A stretch of DNA of 64,000 nt from Bradyrhizobiaceae bacterium (GCA_947475225.1 CANJMQ010000004.1:8410-72409); one strand, 5' to 3'. Shown: positions 37,586-55,801, numbered from the stretch's first letter. The notes: a model not told the origin generated them from the letters alone. Made by a program: numbers and translations.

Positions 37586-39034
37586 CTAGTCGTCGTCGCC
37601 GCCCGACTTGTCCTCGATGCCGTAGCGGTGGAGCTTCACGTAGAGGCTCTGGCGGGAGAGGCCGAGGATGTCAGCCGCGCTGGCGCGGTTGTTGTCCGAG
37701 ATCTGCAGGGCGGCCTCGATGCACAGGCGCTCGATGATGTCGGTGGTCTCGCGGACGAGGTCCTTCAGCGGCACCTTGCCGACCAGCTTGGTCATGTCCT
37801 CGACCGAACGCAGCAGGGTGCGGCGGCTCGAATCCGGCTCGGTGGCGCGGCGACTGGCGCGGCGGATGGCAAAGCCATAGCAGATGGGATTGGCAGGCGG
37901 CGAGGCAACACCCGAGACTTCCACGTCCTCCGTGGTGCCGAACTGGCCGCGCAGCACGGTCTGGAACTGGCGCACCGCACCATTCTCGGCAAGGCTGTTG
38001 AACAGCACCGAGACATCCACCCCGGCGCGACCCATCCAGCGGTCAATGGGCTCGCCGCGTGCCTGCTCCTCGGAGCCCAGTTGCGCGGCATCGAGGAAGG
38101 CGGCGTTGGCAGAAAGAATACGGCGGTCGAGATCGGTGACCACGAAGGCCTCCGGCAGGTCGCGCACCGCGTTGACCACGGCGGCCTGGCCCTTGGACAC
38201 GACGATGCCGCTGGCGCCCGCCGCCATGGGCTGCAGCCGCATGAGATAGAAGCTGGCATTCTCCTGGCGGAAAATGGTTGCGCCGAGAACCGCCTGCTGC
38301 TGGCTGCCATCAAGGGTAAGGGCCACGTCATCGGCACGGCCGGTGGCGCGCAGCGCCGTCATCAGATCCTCGACGCGGGCAACGTCCGGGCCGTCGAACA
38401 TGGCGGCGAACTGCGCGCCATTGAGCCGCTTCAGCGGCTTGTTCATGAGATTGGCAGCCGCGGCATTGGCCTCGACGATGCGGCCGGTGCGCGAATCGAC
38501 CACCACGATCGCCTCGGAAGACACCTGCATCAGCAGGCGGTAGCGCGTTTCGGCGTGGCGGAGCCTGGAATATTCCTGCTCGATCGACTGTTCGGCAGCG
38601 AGCAGCTTCTGCTGCACGGCGGCAACCTGGCGGAGATCGCGGCCGATGGCCAGGAACTGGCCGCCATTGCCCGCCTTCATCACGCAGTAGCGCACGGGAA
38701 GATCCGGACCGCCGGCTTGCTGGTGGTTGATCTGGCGCCAGCGTGGCGGCAGGCCCATGGCGGCCTCCTGCAGCATCTGCTCGATCTTCGACCGGCTTTC
38801 AACGGTGGAGACCTCCGTCCAGGCCTTGCCAGGCCATGAGGCGAGGAGTTCGGTCGGCAGCTCAGGGCTGGCAAAGATGCTGTCGCTGAGGGTTCCATCG
38901 GAATTGATAACCAGCGCAATGTCCGCCGCAGCCGACAGCAGCAGCGCGGATTCCGATACATCCAGTCGCGTCAGCAATCCGGCCAGGTTTCCCTCCCGCT
39001 CACGGGGGTGGGATGCCACGCTCTTGAGCGTCAC
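37586..39034 (-). CDS. ppsR: Photosynthesis repressor PpsR/CrtJ
   Basis: PAS domains, Q-linker EQEYSRLRHAETRYR, HTH IERLCIEAAL..NNRASAA..GLSRQSLYVKL. Confidence 0.97.
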   Translation of the reverse strand: MTLKSVASHPREREGNLAGLLTRLDVSESALLLSAAADIALVINSDGTLSDSIFASPELPTELLASWPGKAWTEVSTVESRSKIEQMLQEAAMGLPPRWRQINHQQAGGPDLPVRYCVMKAGNGGQFLAIGRDLRQVAAVQQKLLAAEQSIEQEYSRLRHAETRYRLLMQVSSEAIVVVDSRTGRIVEANAAAANLMNKPLKRLNGAQFAAMFDGPDVARVEDLMTALRATGRADDVALTLDGSQQQAVLGATIFRQENASFYLMRLQPMAAGASGIVVSKGQAAVVNAVRDLPEAFVVTDLDRRILSANAAFLDAAQLGSEEQARGEPIDRWMGRAGVDVSVLFNSLAENGAVRQFQTVLRGQFGTTEDVEVSGVASPPANPICYGFAIRRASRRATEPDSSRRTLLRSVEDMTKLVGKVPLKDLVRETTDIIERLCIEAALQISDNNRASAADILGLSRQSLYVKLHRYGIEDKSGGDDD

Positions 39035-39075
39035 GTGTTTGCCCTTCCATACGTTAAGGCGCGCCGCGACATCAT

Positions 39076-39762
39076 TCAGTCAACTCCCATCATGCCTGCC
39101 CACTCATTGGCCACGGCAACAGCCTCATGTGCGTCAGTCACGATCGCATCAGTGTCAATATCGCTGGGGTCAAAGTCGCGTCCAGCAAGCAGGACACCAC
39201 CGACCGCAATCTTCACGCCCTGATTCCGCGAAGACGTTCTCACGCAACGGATAGCCGACCTCAGAGCCGGAAGCAAGCGCTCAGACGTCAGAGAAAATCC
39301 TACAAAATCATATACATCTGACGCCACGAGGCGGGCGATATCCGGCTCGCTCGCTTTCAGGACGGCCGTAACTTGCCAGCCGGCACGCAGGAGATACTCT
39401 TCCACCAGCCTGACACCAAAGGTGTGTTGTTCGCCTGGCACTGCCACCAGAAGGGCGTGACCGTCCAAATGGCGCTGGGCAGACGTCGGCACCCGGAACT
39501 GCCGGATGAGTTGCTGGAGGCGCGACAGGGCGACGGTCACTTCCAGGAAATCGCACCTGTCTTCAGTCCAGAACTCGCCCATTCGCCGGGCCGCCGGGGC
39601 AAAAAGGTCCAGCATGAGCGTTTCGGCGCTGACGCCGCTGGCCAGCAACTGCTCAACCATCTGCGCGGCCCCATCGCCATCCGCACTGCTCACGAGCGTG
39701 GCGAAGGTCTCAACCATCTCATTGGAAATGCGGGACAAAAAGAAAGGAGAAGCGTCGTTCAT
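39076..39762 (-). CDS. aerR: Cobalamin-binding antirepressor AerR/PpaA
   Basis: APAARRMGEFWTED, PGEQHTFG; directly upstream of ppsR; start uncertain. Confidence 0.88.
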   Translation of the reverse strand: MNDASPFFLSRISNEMVETFATLVSSADGDGAAQMVEQLLASGVSAETLMLDLFAPAARRMGEFWTEDRCDFLEVTVALSRLQQLIRQFRVPTSAQRHLDGHALLVAVPGEQHTFGVRLVEEYLLRAGWQVTAVLKASEPDIARLVASDVYDFVGFSLTSERLLPALRSAIRCVRTSSRNQGVKIAVGGVLLAGRDFDPSDIDTDAIVTDAHEAVAVANEWAGMMGVD

Positions 39763-39909
39763 AGCGACCCTCCGGCGGCGGTGAAACCTTGAAGCCTGTT
39801 CATGAGTCGCAAACCGCCCATGGCCTTGAAAATGGTTCCTTGTACCGGATGGCCTCCGGTACGATGGCAAACACGACCGCCAAGGCAACCAGCCCCAGCA
39901 AAAGCAGTA

Positions 39910-39966
39910 TGTCCTGTTTTCATGACGTCAACAAGTCTTGACACTTAATTTTTTGGGGGTTAGCCT
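39910..39966 (+). promoter_or_regulatory. bchF promoter with two degenerate PpsR boxes
   Basis: TGT-N12-ACG (39910-39927), CGT-N12-ACA (39926-39943); TTGACA(39938)-N17-TAGCCT(39961). Confidence 0.75.
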
Positions 39967-40034
39967 CACATCTCAGGGCTGCATTCCTCCACCCCGTCCC
40001 AAACGGGAGTGCAGCGAGCCCGGGAGAACGAACA

Positions 40035-41806
<1,772 letters not shown>

Positions 41807-41808
41807 AG

Positions 41809-43306
41809 ATGCAACTTACCCTCTGGACCTATGAAGGCCCGCCGCACGTTGGCGCCATGCGCATCGCCACCGCGATGAAGGGTCTGCACTACGTGCTGCA
41901 CGCACCGCAGGGCGACACCTATGCCGACCTGCTGTTCACCATGATTGAGCGGCGCAATGCGCGCCCGCCCGTCACCTACACCACATTCCAGGCGCGCGAC
42001 CTTGGCGGTGACACGGCGGAACTGTTCAAGACCGCTGCGGCGGACGCCTATGCGCGCTTCCAGCCCCAGGCGATGATCGTTGGTGCGTCCTGCACGGCGG
42101 AACTCATTCAGGATGATCCCGGTGGCCTTGCCAAGGCGCTGGCGCTGCCCATCCCCGTCATTCCCCTTGAGCTTCCCTCCTACCAGAAGAAAGAAAACTG
42201 GGGGGCGTCCGAGACCTTCTACCAGATCGTGCGCAACCTCGCCGAACCGCGCCGCGAGGCGGAGGTGAACACGCGCAGCTGCAACATCCTCGGTCCCACG
42301 GCGCTGGGCTTCCGCCACCGCGATGACCTCGCCGAGATCACCCGCCTGCTTGCGGCGCTGGGCATCACCGTGAACGTGGTGGCGCCGCTCGATGCAACAC
42401 CGGACGACATCCGCCGCATTCCTGAGGCTGCCTTCAACGTTGTGCTCTACCCCGAGACCGCCGAGACGGCGGGTCGCTGGCTGGAACGCACCTTCAAGCA
42501 GCCGATGACCACCGTCGTGCCGATCGGCGTCTCCGCCACGCGCGACTTCATTGCCCAGGTGGCGCAGCTGGCGGGGCTTGACCCCCAGGTTGCTCTTGCC
42601 GCGGGCGAGTCACGGCTGCCGTGGTATTCACGCTCGGTTGACTCAACCTACCTGACCGGCAAGCGCGTCTTCATCTTCGGCGATGCGACGCATGCGCTGG
42701 CTGCGGCTCGCATCGCCAAGGAGGAACTGGGCTTTGAGGTGGTGGGGCTTGGCACCTACTCGCGCGAATTCGCGCGGCCCGTCCGCGAGGCCGCAACGAA
42801 GCTGGGCCTCGAGGCACTGATCACCGATGACTATCTCGAGGTCGAGGCGAAGGTGACGGAACTGCAGCCCGAACTCGTGCTCGGCACGCAGATGGAACGC
42901 CACATCGCCAAGAAGCTCGGCTTCCCCTGCGCGGTGATCTCGGCTCCCGTGCATGTGCAGGACTTCCCCGCCCGCTATTCACCGCAGATGGGCTTCGAAG
43001 GCGCAAACGTGATCTTCGACAGCTGGGTGCACCCGTTGATGATGGGCCTGGAGGAGCACCTGCTCCACATGTTCCGCAACGATTTCGAGTTCAACGACAA
43101 GGCCGCCGCCTCTCACCTGGGCCACGGCGCATCGAAGCCTGCCACGACCGTGGCCGCAGTTGCCCCAGCCGCCGGCGGCTGGGCCAGCGAGGCCGAAAGG
43201 GAACTGCAGAAGATCCCCTTCTTCGTGCGCGGCAAGGCGCGCCGCAACACCGAACGCTTCGCCGCCGAGCGCGGCATCACCCTCATCACCATTGAGACGT
43301 TGTACG

Positions 43307-43332
<26 letters not shown>
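41809..43332 (+). CDS. bchB: DPOR subunit B
   Basis: [20 protein letters not shown]-terminal [15 protein letters not shown]. Confidence 0.97.
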
Positions 43333-47813
<4,481 letters not shown>

Positions 47814-47814
<1 letters not shown>

Positions 47815-48512
47815 TGAGCGACACCTACCTTGAACGACGCGGCGAAATCGAAACCTATTTCGACAAGACGGCCGCGCACACATGGCAGAAGCTGACGTCG
47901 GATGCGCCGGTGAGCGGCATCCGCGCGACGGTGCGCGCGGGACGCGATCGCATGCGCAGCACGCTGCTCTCCTTCCTGCCTGATGACCTGCGTGGCTGCC
48001 GTCTGCTGGACGCTGGTTGCGGCACCGGCGCGCTGGCCGTCGAGGCTGCCAAGCGTGGGGCCGACGTGACGGCGGTGGACATTTCCCCCACGCTCATCGG
48101 CATCGCCAAGGAACGCGTCCCGGACAAGCTGGGCCAGGGACGCATCCACTTCATGGCGGGCGACATGCTCGACACGAAGTACGGCACCTTCGATCACATC
48201 GTGGCGATGGACTCGCTCATCCACTACAGCTTGCCCGACATGATCGGTATGCTGACCCGCCTCACTGAAATGAGCCGCAGCGGCGTGCACTTCACCTACG
48301 CGCCGCGCACGCCTGTGCTGGCGACCCTGCATTTCATCGGCAAGGCCTTCCCGAGAAGCGACCGCTCGCCGCGCATCGTGCCGCACGCCACCGCATCTCT
48401 CTACAAGGGCTTAAGCCGCTCCGAACATCTCGCCGACTGGTGGCCTGGCCGCACTGCGCGGGTCTCCAGCGGTTTCTACATCTCCCAGGCGCAGGAACTG
48501 AAGCGCACATGA
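47814..48512 (+). CDS. bchM: Mg-protoporphyrin IX methyltransferase
   Basis: YFDKTA, LDAGCGTG, MDSLIHY. Confidence 0.96.
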
Positions 48513-49945
48513 TGAAGCTCAACCGCAAGCTCGTGTCGGCGCTGCAGCAGATCGGTCCACGATTCCTGCCCTTCGCCGATGCCGCGACACAGGAACTGCC
48601 CTTGTCGCGCCTCTTGCGGTTGTCGTTGTTCCAGGTTTCGGTCGGCATGGCCATGGTGCTCCTGACCGGTACGCTGAACCGGGTGATGATCGTCGAACTC
48701 GGCGTTCCGGCCTGGATGGTCGGGCTGATGGTGTCGATACCGGTCCTTGTTGCACCATTCCGGGCGCTGATCGGCTTCAAGTCGGACACCCACAAGTCCG
48801 TGCTGGGCTGGCGGCGCGTGCCCTACATCTGGTTTGGCACCATGATGCAGTTCGGCGGCTTCGCCATCCTGCCCTTTGCGTTGCTGGTGCTGAGCGGCAA
48901 CGGCCACGGCTCACCCGTGTGGGGCGAGATTGGCGCGGCGCTGGCCTTCCTGTTGATCGGAGCCGGCATCAACACCACACAGACGGCGGGTCTGGCGCTT
49001 GCCAATGACCTCGCCACCGAAGAAACCCGCCCGCGCGTGGTGGCTCTTCTCTACGTGATGCTGCTCGCCGGCATGGTGCTGAGCGCCCTGGTCTTCGGCA
49101 GCCTGTTGCATGACTTTTCGGCAAAGCAGTTGATCCAGATCATCCAGGGCGTCGCCGTCCTCACCGTGGTGCTGAACAGCATCGCCATGTGGAAGCAGGA
49201 GGCTCGCAACCCGAAGCTCACCGCCAGGGACGCGGAGACAATGACCTTCGCCGAGGCGTGGCGTCAATTCAGCGCCGCCGGCCGCGCCAAGCGGTTGCTA
49301 ATCGGCGTCGGCCTCGGCTCCGCTGCCTTTGCGATGCAGGACATCCTGCTGGAACCCTTCGGCGGCCAGGTATTCAACCTCAGCGTCGGACAGACGACAT
49401 GGCTGACGGCCACCATGGCGCTTGGCACACTGGCAGGCTTCGCGATTTCGGCACGTCGCCTGGGTCATGGGGCTGATCCCTATCGTCTCGCCTCGCTCGG
49501 GCTTCTCGCCGGGATAATGGCCTTCGCGGCGGTTATCTTCTCGCCCGTGTTCCACATGGTGTCATTGTTCCAGACCGGCGCTTTCTTCATTGGGCTGGGC
49601 GGCGGGCTGTTCTCGGTGGGCATGCTGACCGCAGCCATGGACCTGGCCTCCAGTGGTGCCGGCACCATGAGCGGCTTCGCGCTCGGCGCATGGGGCGGTG
49701 TGCAGGCGACCTGCGCAGGTATCGGCGTCGGCATCAGCGGCATGCTGCGTGATGCCGTATCTGACCTTGCGATGCATGGTGAACTTGGCTCCGCCACCAC
49801 GGGCCCTGCCGCAGGATACGTGACCGTCTACCAGATCGAGATCATGCTTCTTTTCGCCACGCTTGCCGTCATCGGGCCACTGGTGCGCGGCAGCAAACGC
49901 TCAACCAGACAGCAGGGCTTTGGCCTTGCACAAATTCCAGGCTGA
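48509..49945 (+). CDS. lhaA: LH1 assembly factor LhaA (PucC family)
   Basis: LPFADAA, GTLNRVMIVEL; located between bchM and puhA. Confidence 0.92.
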   Translation: MMKLNRKLVSALQQIGPRFLPFADAATQELPLSRLLRLSLFQVSVGMAMVLLTGTLNRVMIVELGVPAWMVGLMVSIPVLVAPFRALIGFKSDTHKSVLGWRRVPYIWFGTMMQFGGFAILPFALLVLSGNGHGSPVWGEIGAALAFLLIGAGINTTQTAGLALANDLATEETRPRVVALLYVMLLAGMVLSALVFGSLLHDFSAKQLIQIIQGVAVLTVVLNSIAMWKQEARNPKLTARDAETMTFAEAWRQFSAAGRAKRLLIGVGLGSAAFAMQDILLEPFGGQVFNLSVGQTTWLTATMALGTLAGFAISARRLGHGADPYRLASLGLLAGIMAFAAVIFSPVFHMVSLFQTGAFFIGLGGGLFSVGMLTAAMDLASSGAGTMSGFALGAWGGVQATCAGIGVGISGMLRDAVSDLAMHGELGSATTGPAAGYVTVYQIEIMLLFATLAVIGPLVRGSKRSTRQQGFGLAQIPG

Positions 49946-49961
49946 CCGAAGGAGAACCACC

Positions 49962-50741
49962 ATGTCTGCAGCCTTGACCCAGTATGTCGACGTCGCCCAG
50001 ATCGTGCTCTATGCCTTCTGGGCCTTCCTGATCGGGCTGATCTTCTATGTTCGCCGGGAGGACAAGCGCGAGGGCTATCCGCTGGAGTCCGACCGTTCAG
50101 GGAACATCACGGTGCAGGGTTTCCCCGCGGTTCCGTCGCCCAAGACATTCCTGCTGGCCGATGGAACCACGGTGCAGGCGCCGCGCGCCGAACCCTATGA
50201 CGGCCGTCCGATCAAGGCGACCCCCATCGGCCCATGGCCGGGCGCCCCACTGGAGCCAGATGGCGACGCGATGGTTGATGGCGTGGGCCCCGCCGCCTAT
50301 GCCGAGCGCCTCGATATTCCCGACGCGCTGTTCACCGGCGAGCCCAAGCTTTCGCCGCTCCGCAACAACCCCGACTGGCATGTGGAAGAGCGTGACCCCG
50401 ACCCGCGCGGCATGCCGGTGATCGGTTGTGACGGAAAACAGGGGGGCACGGTGAAGGACGTGTGGGTGGACCGTGCGGAATACATCATGCGCTACCTCGA
50501 AGTCGAAGTGAGCGACAAGGAAGGCCACACCCGCAACGTGCTGCTGCCGACGACGCTCGCCCGCATCTGGGGTGGAAAGAAGCGCATCGACGTGAAGTCC
50601 ATCACATCGAAGCAGTTCATCAAGGTGCCGGGCCTTCGTAACCCCGACGTCGTTACCAGGCTTGAGGAAGACAAGATCTGCGCCTACTATGCTGGCGGAA
50701 ATCTCTATGCGACCGCCGACCGGGCCGAGCCACTGGTATGA
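49962..50741 (+). CDS. puhA: Reaction centre H subunit
   Basis: DVAQIVLYAFW, REDKREGYPL, PRC barrel, EEDKICAYYAGG. Confidence 0.97.
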   Translation: MSAALTQYVDVAQIVLYAFWAFLIGLIFYVRREDKREGYPLESDRSGNITVQGFPAVPSPKTFLLADGTTVQAPRAEPYDGRPIKATPIGPWPGAPLEPDGDAMVDGVGPAAYAERLDIPDALFTGEPKLSPLRNNPDWHVEERDPDPRGMPVIGCDGKQGGTVKDVWVDRAEYIMRYLEVEVSDKEGHTRNVLLPTTLARIWGGKKRIDVKSITSKQFIKVPGLRNPDVVTRLEEDKICAYYAGGNLYATADRAEPLV

Positions 50742-51394
50742 AACAGGACCACGACGATTTCGACTTCGAGCCGATCCGCGGGCTGCCGCAGTTGCTGCCC
50801 AGGGGCGAGCGTATGCTGTGGCAGGGTTCTCCCCGCTGGCAGGACCTGGCGGTCCATGCCTTCCACGTGCGCAAGGTGATCTGGTACTTCGCGGGGCTCA
50901 CCATCCTCGCCGGCGCGCTGCGGTTGGCCGAGGGTGAAAGCTTTGCCTTCGCTATCCGGCCCTTCCAATGGCTCATGCCGATGGGACTTTTCGCGGCGGC
51001 GCTGCTGTCCGCCCTTGCCTATCTGAGCGCCAAGACCACAGTCTATACCATCACATCGAAGCGCGTGGTGATGCGCGTCGGCATGGCACTGCCCGTAACC
51101 ATAAACCTGCCCTTCAGCCAGATTGATGGGGCGGCGCTGCGGGTCTTCGGCAATGGCTCCGGCGATATTCCGCTGAAGGTGACACGCAAGGAGCGCATTG
51201 CCTATCTGGTGCTGTGGCCGCATGCGCGCCCGTTCCACTTCGCCCATCCGCAGCCAACCTTGCGCTCCTTGGCAAAGGCCGATGACGTGGCGAGCCTGCT
51301 CGCCTCGGCACTGGCTGGAACAGCCACCGCGCCGATGCCGGTTGAAACATCACCGGTGCTTGCCGCAAACACCAGCCAGCCGGTGGCCGCATGA
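50738..51394 (+). CDS. puhB: Photosynthetic complex assembly protein PuhB
   Basis: EPIRGLP..LP.GE..LWQG.P, LWPHARP. Confidence 0.93.
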   Translation: MKQDHDDFDFEPIRGLPQLLPRGERMLWQGSPRWQDLAVHAFHVRKVIWYFAGLTILAGALRLAEGESFAFAIRPFQWLMPMGLFAAALLSALAYLSAKTTVYTITSKRVVMRVGMALPVTINLPFSQIDGAALRVFGNGSGDIPLKVTRKERIAYLVLWPHARPFHFAHPQPTLRSLAKADDVASLLASALAGTATAPMPVETSPVLAANTSQPVAA

Positions 51395-51855
51395 GAAGCG
51401 CCGTTATCCAGCAACCCGCCCGCAGCCTCAGGCCTAACCCCGCAGCACTCGCGGCGGCCGGCATGGTGGTGGTGGCACTCCTGGCCGTTTCCATGGCCCG
51501 CATCGGCGGCTATTCGCCGGTCCAGAGCCTCGGCGCATCCGGTGTGGCGCAGAGCCGGTTGCTGCGCTTCGAGGGTGATACGCAGGGCGTGGCGGTGATC
51601 GATGCCAAGAGCGGTGCGCTCATCACACATACCAGTGCCGTGGGCTTCATCCCGGGCGTGTTGCGCGGACTGAACCGCATGCGCCAGACCGAACTGGCCA
51701 AGGCTTCTGACGCCTATCGCCTCGAGCGGCTGAACAACGGGCAGCTGCTGCTGGTCGACACCGCCTCAGGCGTATCGCTGGACCTTGCGGCCTATGGGCG
51801 CGACAATGCCGCTTCCTTCCTGCGCTTCCTTTCACCTTCAGGAGATCAGAACTGA
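51391..51855 (+). CDS. puhC: Photosynthetic complex assembly protein PuhC
   Basis: N-terminal TM, GFI.GVLRGL.R.R, DL.AYG.DN; synteny. Confidence 0.88.
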   Translation: MRSAVIQQPARSLRPNPAALAAAGMVVVALLAVSMARIGGYSPVQSLGASGVAQSRLLRFEGDTQGVAVIDAKSGALITHTSAVGFIPGVLRGLNRMRQTELAKASDAYRLERLNNGQLLLVDTASGVSLDLAAYGRDNAASFLRFLSPSGDQN

Positions 51856-52154
51856 TGCTGAATCCCTTCGCTCCCACGTCCACAGAAGACGTGATGTGCA
51901 CTGTGCGCGTGATGAACACCTTCGAGAACCTCGCTGCGCACGTGGAACTTGATGACGGGGTAACCGTCGAGCCGGGCGACGAGGTGCTCGTCCATGGCAA
52001 GCCGATCATCGTACCCTATGGCGAGTCCGCGACCGAGCGCCGCAAGGCGACGATCACGCGGGCCAACTGGCTGGAGCGCAAGTGGGTGAAGCTCACTGGC
52101 GATCTGGAATTCATGGAACTTCTGGAATTCAGCTTTTCGGGGGAGGAGCTCTAA
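51855..52154 (+). CDS. bciE: Aerobic cyclase accessory protein BciE
   Basis: [32 protein letters not shown]; directly upstream of acsF. Confidence 0.8.
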   Translation: MLNPFAPTSTEDVMCTVRVMNTFENLAAHVELDDGVTVEPGDEVLVHGKPIIVPYGESATERRKATITRANWLERKWVKLTGDLEFMELLEFSFSGEEL

Positions 52155-53221
52155 TGACCATCGAAACACTCGGAATAAGGCCGGCGGATACGCTGGCCAA
52201 GGCGCAGGAATCAACTGTGTTGAGCCCGCGCTTCTACACCACCGACTTCGCTGCGCTGGACAAGCTCGACGTCTCATCCGTCCGCAAGGAATGGGACGCA
52301 CTCATCGCCGAGATGCAGTCCGACCCCAACAAGGGCCATTTCAAGCGCAATGACGAGTGGGACCATGTGGAGCTCGCGTCCCTGCCGGAAGGTCTGCGCC
52401 GCGAGCTCGTCGACTTTTTCGTGAGCTCGCTCACCGCCGAATTCTCAGGCTGCGTGCTCTATTCAGAGATGAGGAAACGCGGCACCAACCCGGACCTCTG
52501 CGAGCTGTTCCGCCTGATGGCACGCGATGAGGGCCGCCATGCGGGCTTCATCAACGACACGCTCAAGGACTTCAACTTGGGTGTCGATCTGGGCTTCCTG
52601 ACCAAGACGAAAAAATACACCTTCTTCCGCCCCAAGTTCATCTTCTACGCGACCTATCTGTCCGAGAAGATCGGCTATGCGCGCTACATCACCATCTTCC
52701 GGCACCTGCAGCAGCATCCGGAAAACCGCATCCACCCGATCTTCAAGTGGTTCGAGAAGTGGTGCAACGACGAGTTCCGCCATGGTGAGGCTTTCGCGCT
52801 CCTCATGCGGGCGCATCCCGAACTGCTGTCGGGCCTCAACAAGCTGTGGGTGAAGTTCTTCCTGGTGGCGGTGTTCGCCACCATGTACGTCCGCGACCAC
52901 CAGCGGCCGCACTTCCACGAGGCGCTGGGAATCGACCCCACCGAATATGGCTACAAGGTCTTCAAGATAACATCCGAGATTTCCAGGCAGGTCTTCCCGC
53001 TGGAACTCGACATCGACAATCCGGCTTTCTTTGCCTGCCTCGAGAAATTGCGGAAGATCAATGACCGCGCCGCCGTATGGCAGAAGAAGGGTGGCCTCAC
53101 GGCGAAGCTGGGCAAGGCATGGACGGCAGCGGCAGCGGGCGCGACCATGCTGCGCCTCTATCTGATTCCGGCAAAGAATAACGCGCTTCCCGCCAATATT
53201 CGACTCGCTCCAACCTGGTGA
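52154..53221 (+). CDS. acsF: O2-dependent Mg-protoporphyrin IX monomethyl ester cyclase
   Basis: [38 protein letters not shown] diiron motifs. Confidence 0.97.
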   Translation: MTIETLGIRPADTLAKAQESTVLSPRFYTTDFAALDKLDVSSVRKEWDALIAEMQSDPNKGHFKRNDEWDHVELASLPEGLRRELVDFFVSSLTAEFSGCVLYSEMRKRGTNPDLCELFRLMARDEGRHAGFINDTLKDFNLGVDLGFLTKTKKYTFFRPKFIFYATYLSEKIGYARYITIFRHLQQHPENRIHPIFKWFEKWCNDEFRHGEAFALLMRAHPELLSGLNKLWVKFFLVAVFATMYVRDHQRPHFHEALGIDPTEYGYKVFKITSEISRQVFPLELDIDNPAFFACLEKLRKINDRAAVWQKKGGLTAKLGKAWTAAAAGATMLRLYLIPAKNNALPANIRLAPTW

Positions 53222-53231
53222 CACCGATCTG

Positions 53232-54074
53232 ATGGAATACGCACTGCCCATCGCCTATGCCTTGGTTCTCTGGTGGTTCGCCACCGGCGTGATCTTCTTT
53301 CTGGATCAGTTGCCGGTGCGGACCTTCAAGTGGAGCATGGCCGGCGGCACGGCGTTACTGGCGGCCACCCTCTGGGTGGTCTGGGCGGAGCGGGATGATA
53401 GCACGCTCTTCGCCGTCTATGCCTCGTTCACCGCGGGCGTTCTCGCCTGGGGCTGGCAGGAACTGAGCCTCTATACCGGCTTCGTGACAGGCCCCCGCAA
53501 GCAATCCTGCGCCGCCGGATGTTCCGGTTGGCGGCACTTCGGCCACGCGCTGGGCGTCAACCTGTGGCACGAGATCGCCATCGTGGCCGTGGCGCTGGCC
53601 ATCTGGGGACTCTGTGGAAAAGCTGTGAATAACTGGGGGCTTTGCGCCTATCTCCTGCTGTGGGCCATGCACCTCTCCGCCCGCCTCAACGTATTCCTTG
53701 GTGTCCGCAACGTATCGGAGGAGTTCGTACCGGCCCACATGGCGGTGCTGAAGAGCTTCCTTACCCGCAAGTCCATGAATTTGCTGTTTCCTTTCTCTGT
53801 TACCGCCGCCACAATTGGCGCCGTGCTGCTTTTCCAGCAGGCATTCTCCGCCGATCTGGAGGCAGAGCGCGCCGGATGGTCGCTCTTGGCCGCGCTGGCG
53901 GCGCTAGCCGTCTTCGAACACTGGATGCTGATGCTTCCGGTGCCTGTGGAAAAGCTGTGGAAATGGAGTCTGCCCGTCCACCAGGACGTGGCGAAATCGC
54001 GCAACCCCAACTCGCCCACATTTGATTATACGCCGCTCAATGCCACCCTCCGGAGTGCCCCCGATGGATTATGA
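53232..54074 (+). CDS. puhE: PuhE membrane protein
   Basis: [29 protein letters not shown]. Confidence 0.9.
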   Translation: MEYALPIAYALVLWWFATGVIFFLDQLPVRTFKWSMAGGTALLAATLWVVWAERDDSTLFAVYASFTAGVLAWGWQELSLYTGFVTGPRKQSCAAGCSGWRHFGHALGVNLWHEIAIVAVALAIWGLCGKAVNNWGLCAYLLLWAMHLSARLNVFLGVRNVSEEFVPAHMAVLKSFLTRKSMNLLFPFSVTAATIGAVLLFQQAFSADLEAERAGWSLLAALAALAVFEHWMLMLPVPVEKLWKWSLPVHQDVAKSRNPNSPTFDYTPLNATLRSAPDGL

Positions 54075-55275
54075 AAGCTTCTTCCAAAGCGAACTCGACG
54101 CGCTGAAGACCGAAGGTCGCTACCGCGTCTTTGCTGACTTGGAGCGCAAGGCGGGCAATTTTCCCAAGGCCACGCACCATGGGCCGACGCATAAGGAGAT
54201 CACCGTCTGGTGCTCCAATGACTATCTCGGAATGGGCCAGAACGCCTCCGTCATCGCCGCGATGCACGAGGCTCTGGACCGTTGTGGCGCGGGTGCGGGT
54301 GGCACGCGCAACATCTCTGGCACCAACCACTATCACGTTGAACTCGAACGCGAACTCGCCGACCTGCATGGCAAGGAAGGTGCCCTGCTCTTCACCTCGG
54401 GCTATGTCTCGAACTGGGCGGCACTGGGCACGCTGGCGAGCGGTATCCCCGGATGCATGGTGTTCTCGGACGCCGGCAACCACGCCTCGATGATCGAGGG
54501 CATTCGCCACAGCCGTGCGGAGCGTCACATCTTCAAGCACAATGACCTACACGACCTCGAGCGCCTGCTGAAGGCAGCCGACCCGTCCCGGCCCAAGCTC
54601 ATCGCCTTCGAGTCGGTCTATTCGATGGATGGCGACATCGGACCGATCAAGGAAATCTGCGACCTCGCTGACAAATACGGCGCCATGACCTACCTCGACG
54701 AGGTTCATGCGGTGGGCATGTATGGCCCGCGCGGCGGCGGCATTGCCGAGCGCGAGGGGCTGATGAACCGTATCACAGTGATCGAGGGAACCCTTGGCAA
54801 GGCCTTCGGCGTGGTCGGCGGCTATATCACGGGGTCTGCCGCCCTGTGCGATTTCGTGAGGAGCTTCGCCTCGGGCTTCATCTTCACCACGGCCCTGCCG
54901 CCGGCGGTCGCCGCGGGTGCGGCGTCCTCGATCCGCCACCTCAAGAATTCCCAGTTTGAGCGCATGCGCCACAAGGACCGCGTGGCGAAGCTCCGGAAGA
55001 AGCTGGACCAGGCAGGTGTGCCCTACATGTCCAACAACAGCCACATTGTCCCGGTGATGGTGGGCGATGCCAAGAAGTGCAAGTGGATCAGTGATATCCT
55101 GATGGCCCAGTACGGCATCTACATCCAGCCGATCAACTATCCCACCGTGCCGCGCGGCACGGAGCGGCTGCGGATAACGCCCACGCCGCTCCACACCGAC
55201 GCCGACATCGACCATCTGGTGACGGCACTGTCGGAGTTGTGGTCGCAGTGCGCGCTGTCGAGAGCGGTGGCCTGA
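54064..55275 (+). CDS. hemA: 5-aminolevulinate synthase
   Basis: [34 protein letters not shown]. Confidence 0.97.
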   Translation: MDYESFFQSELDALKTEGRYRVFADLERKAGNFPKATHHGPTHKEITVWCSNDYLGMGQNASVIAAMHEALDRCGAGAGGTRNISGTNHYHVELERELADLHGKEGALLFTSGYVSNWAALGTLASGIPGCMVFSDAGNHASMIEGIRHSRAERHIFKHNDLHDLERLLKAADPSRPKLIAFESVYSMDGDIGPIKEICDLADKYGAMTYLDEVHAVGMYGPRGGGIAEREGLMNRITVIEGTLGKAFGVVGGYITGSAALCDFVRSFASGFIFTTALPPAVAAGAASSIRHLKNSQFERMRHKDRVAKLRKKLDQAGVPYMSNNSHIVPVMVGDAKKCKWISDILMAQYGIYIQPINYPTVPRGTERLRITPTPLHTDADIDHLVTALSELWSQCALSRAVA

Positions 55276-55344
55276 AGATGTTCAATCACGTGTGATCCTG
55301 CTCATACTCCTGCCGTATGAAGGAATCATCGACAGGAGAGCGAA

Positions 55345-55752
55345 ATGGCACAGTGGATCATTCTCTGGATTGCAGCGGCGGTTCTGTTCCTCGCTATTGA
55401 TATGATCTGGCTGCTGTGGCTGGGCCGCGGCATCTATGTGAGCGAGATCGGCAATCTGCTGCGCCAACCGCCCAACATGGGCGCCGCCGGGGCGTTCTAC
55501 ATACTCTATGTCACCGGCCTGATGGTGATGGTGGTCTGGCCTGCCGTGCAGGGCGGCTCCGTGGGCCAGGCGGTGCTCTATGGCGCTGTGCTGGGGCTGG
55601 TCGCCTACGGCACCTATGATCTCACCAACCTCGCCGTGATGAAGGACTTCACCACGAAGATCGCGGTGATCGACCTGCTCTGGGGAACTGTACTGACGGG
55701 GGCCGTGTCCGGGCTGACGACAATGATCGGACTGCGACTGCTGTCCAGATAG
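55345..55752 (+). CDS. DUF2177-like membrane protein
   Basis: FLAID.IWL, AYGTYDLTNLA, IDL.WG. Confidence 0.8.
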   Translation: MAQWIILWIAAAVLFLAIDMIWLLWLGRGIYVSEIGNLLRQPPNMGAAGAFYILYVTGLMVMVVWPAVQGGSVGQAVLYGAVLGLVAYGTYDLTNLAVMKDFTTKIAVIDLLWGTVLTGAVSGLTTMIGLRLLSR

Positions 55753-55801
55753 GCGTCGTTCCGGCCAATGCCGGGAGAACGGTCACCAACTCGAGGTTCG
55801 C

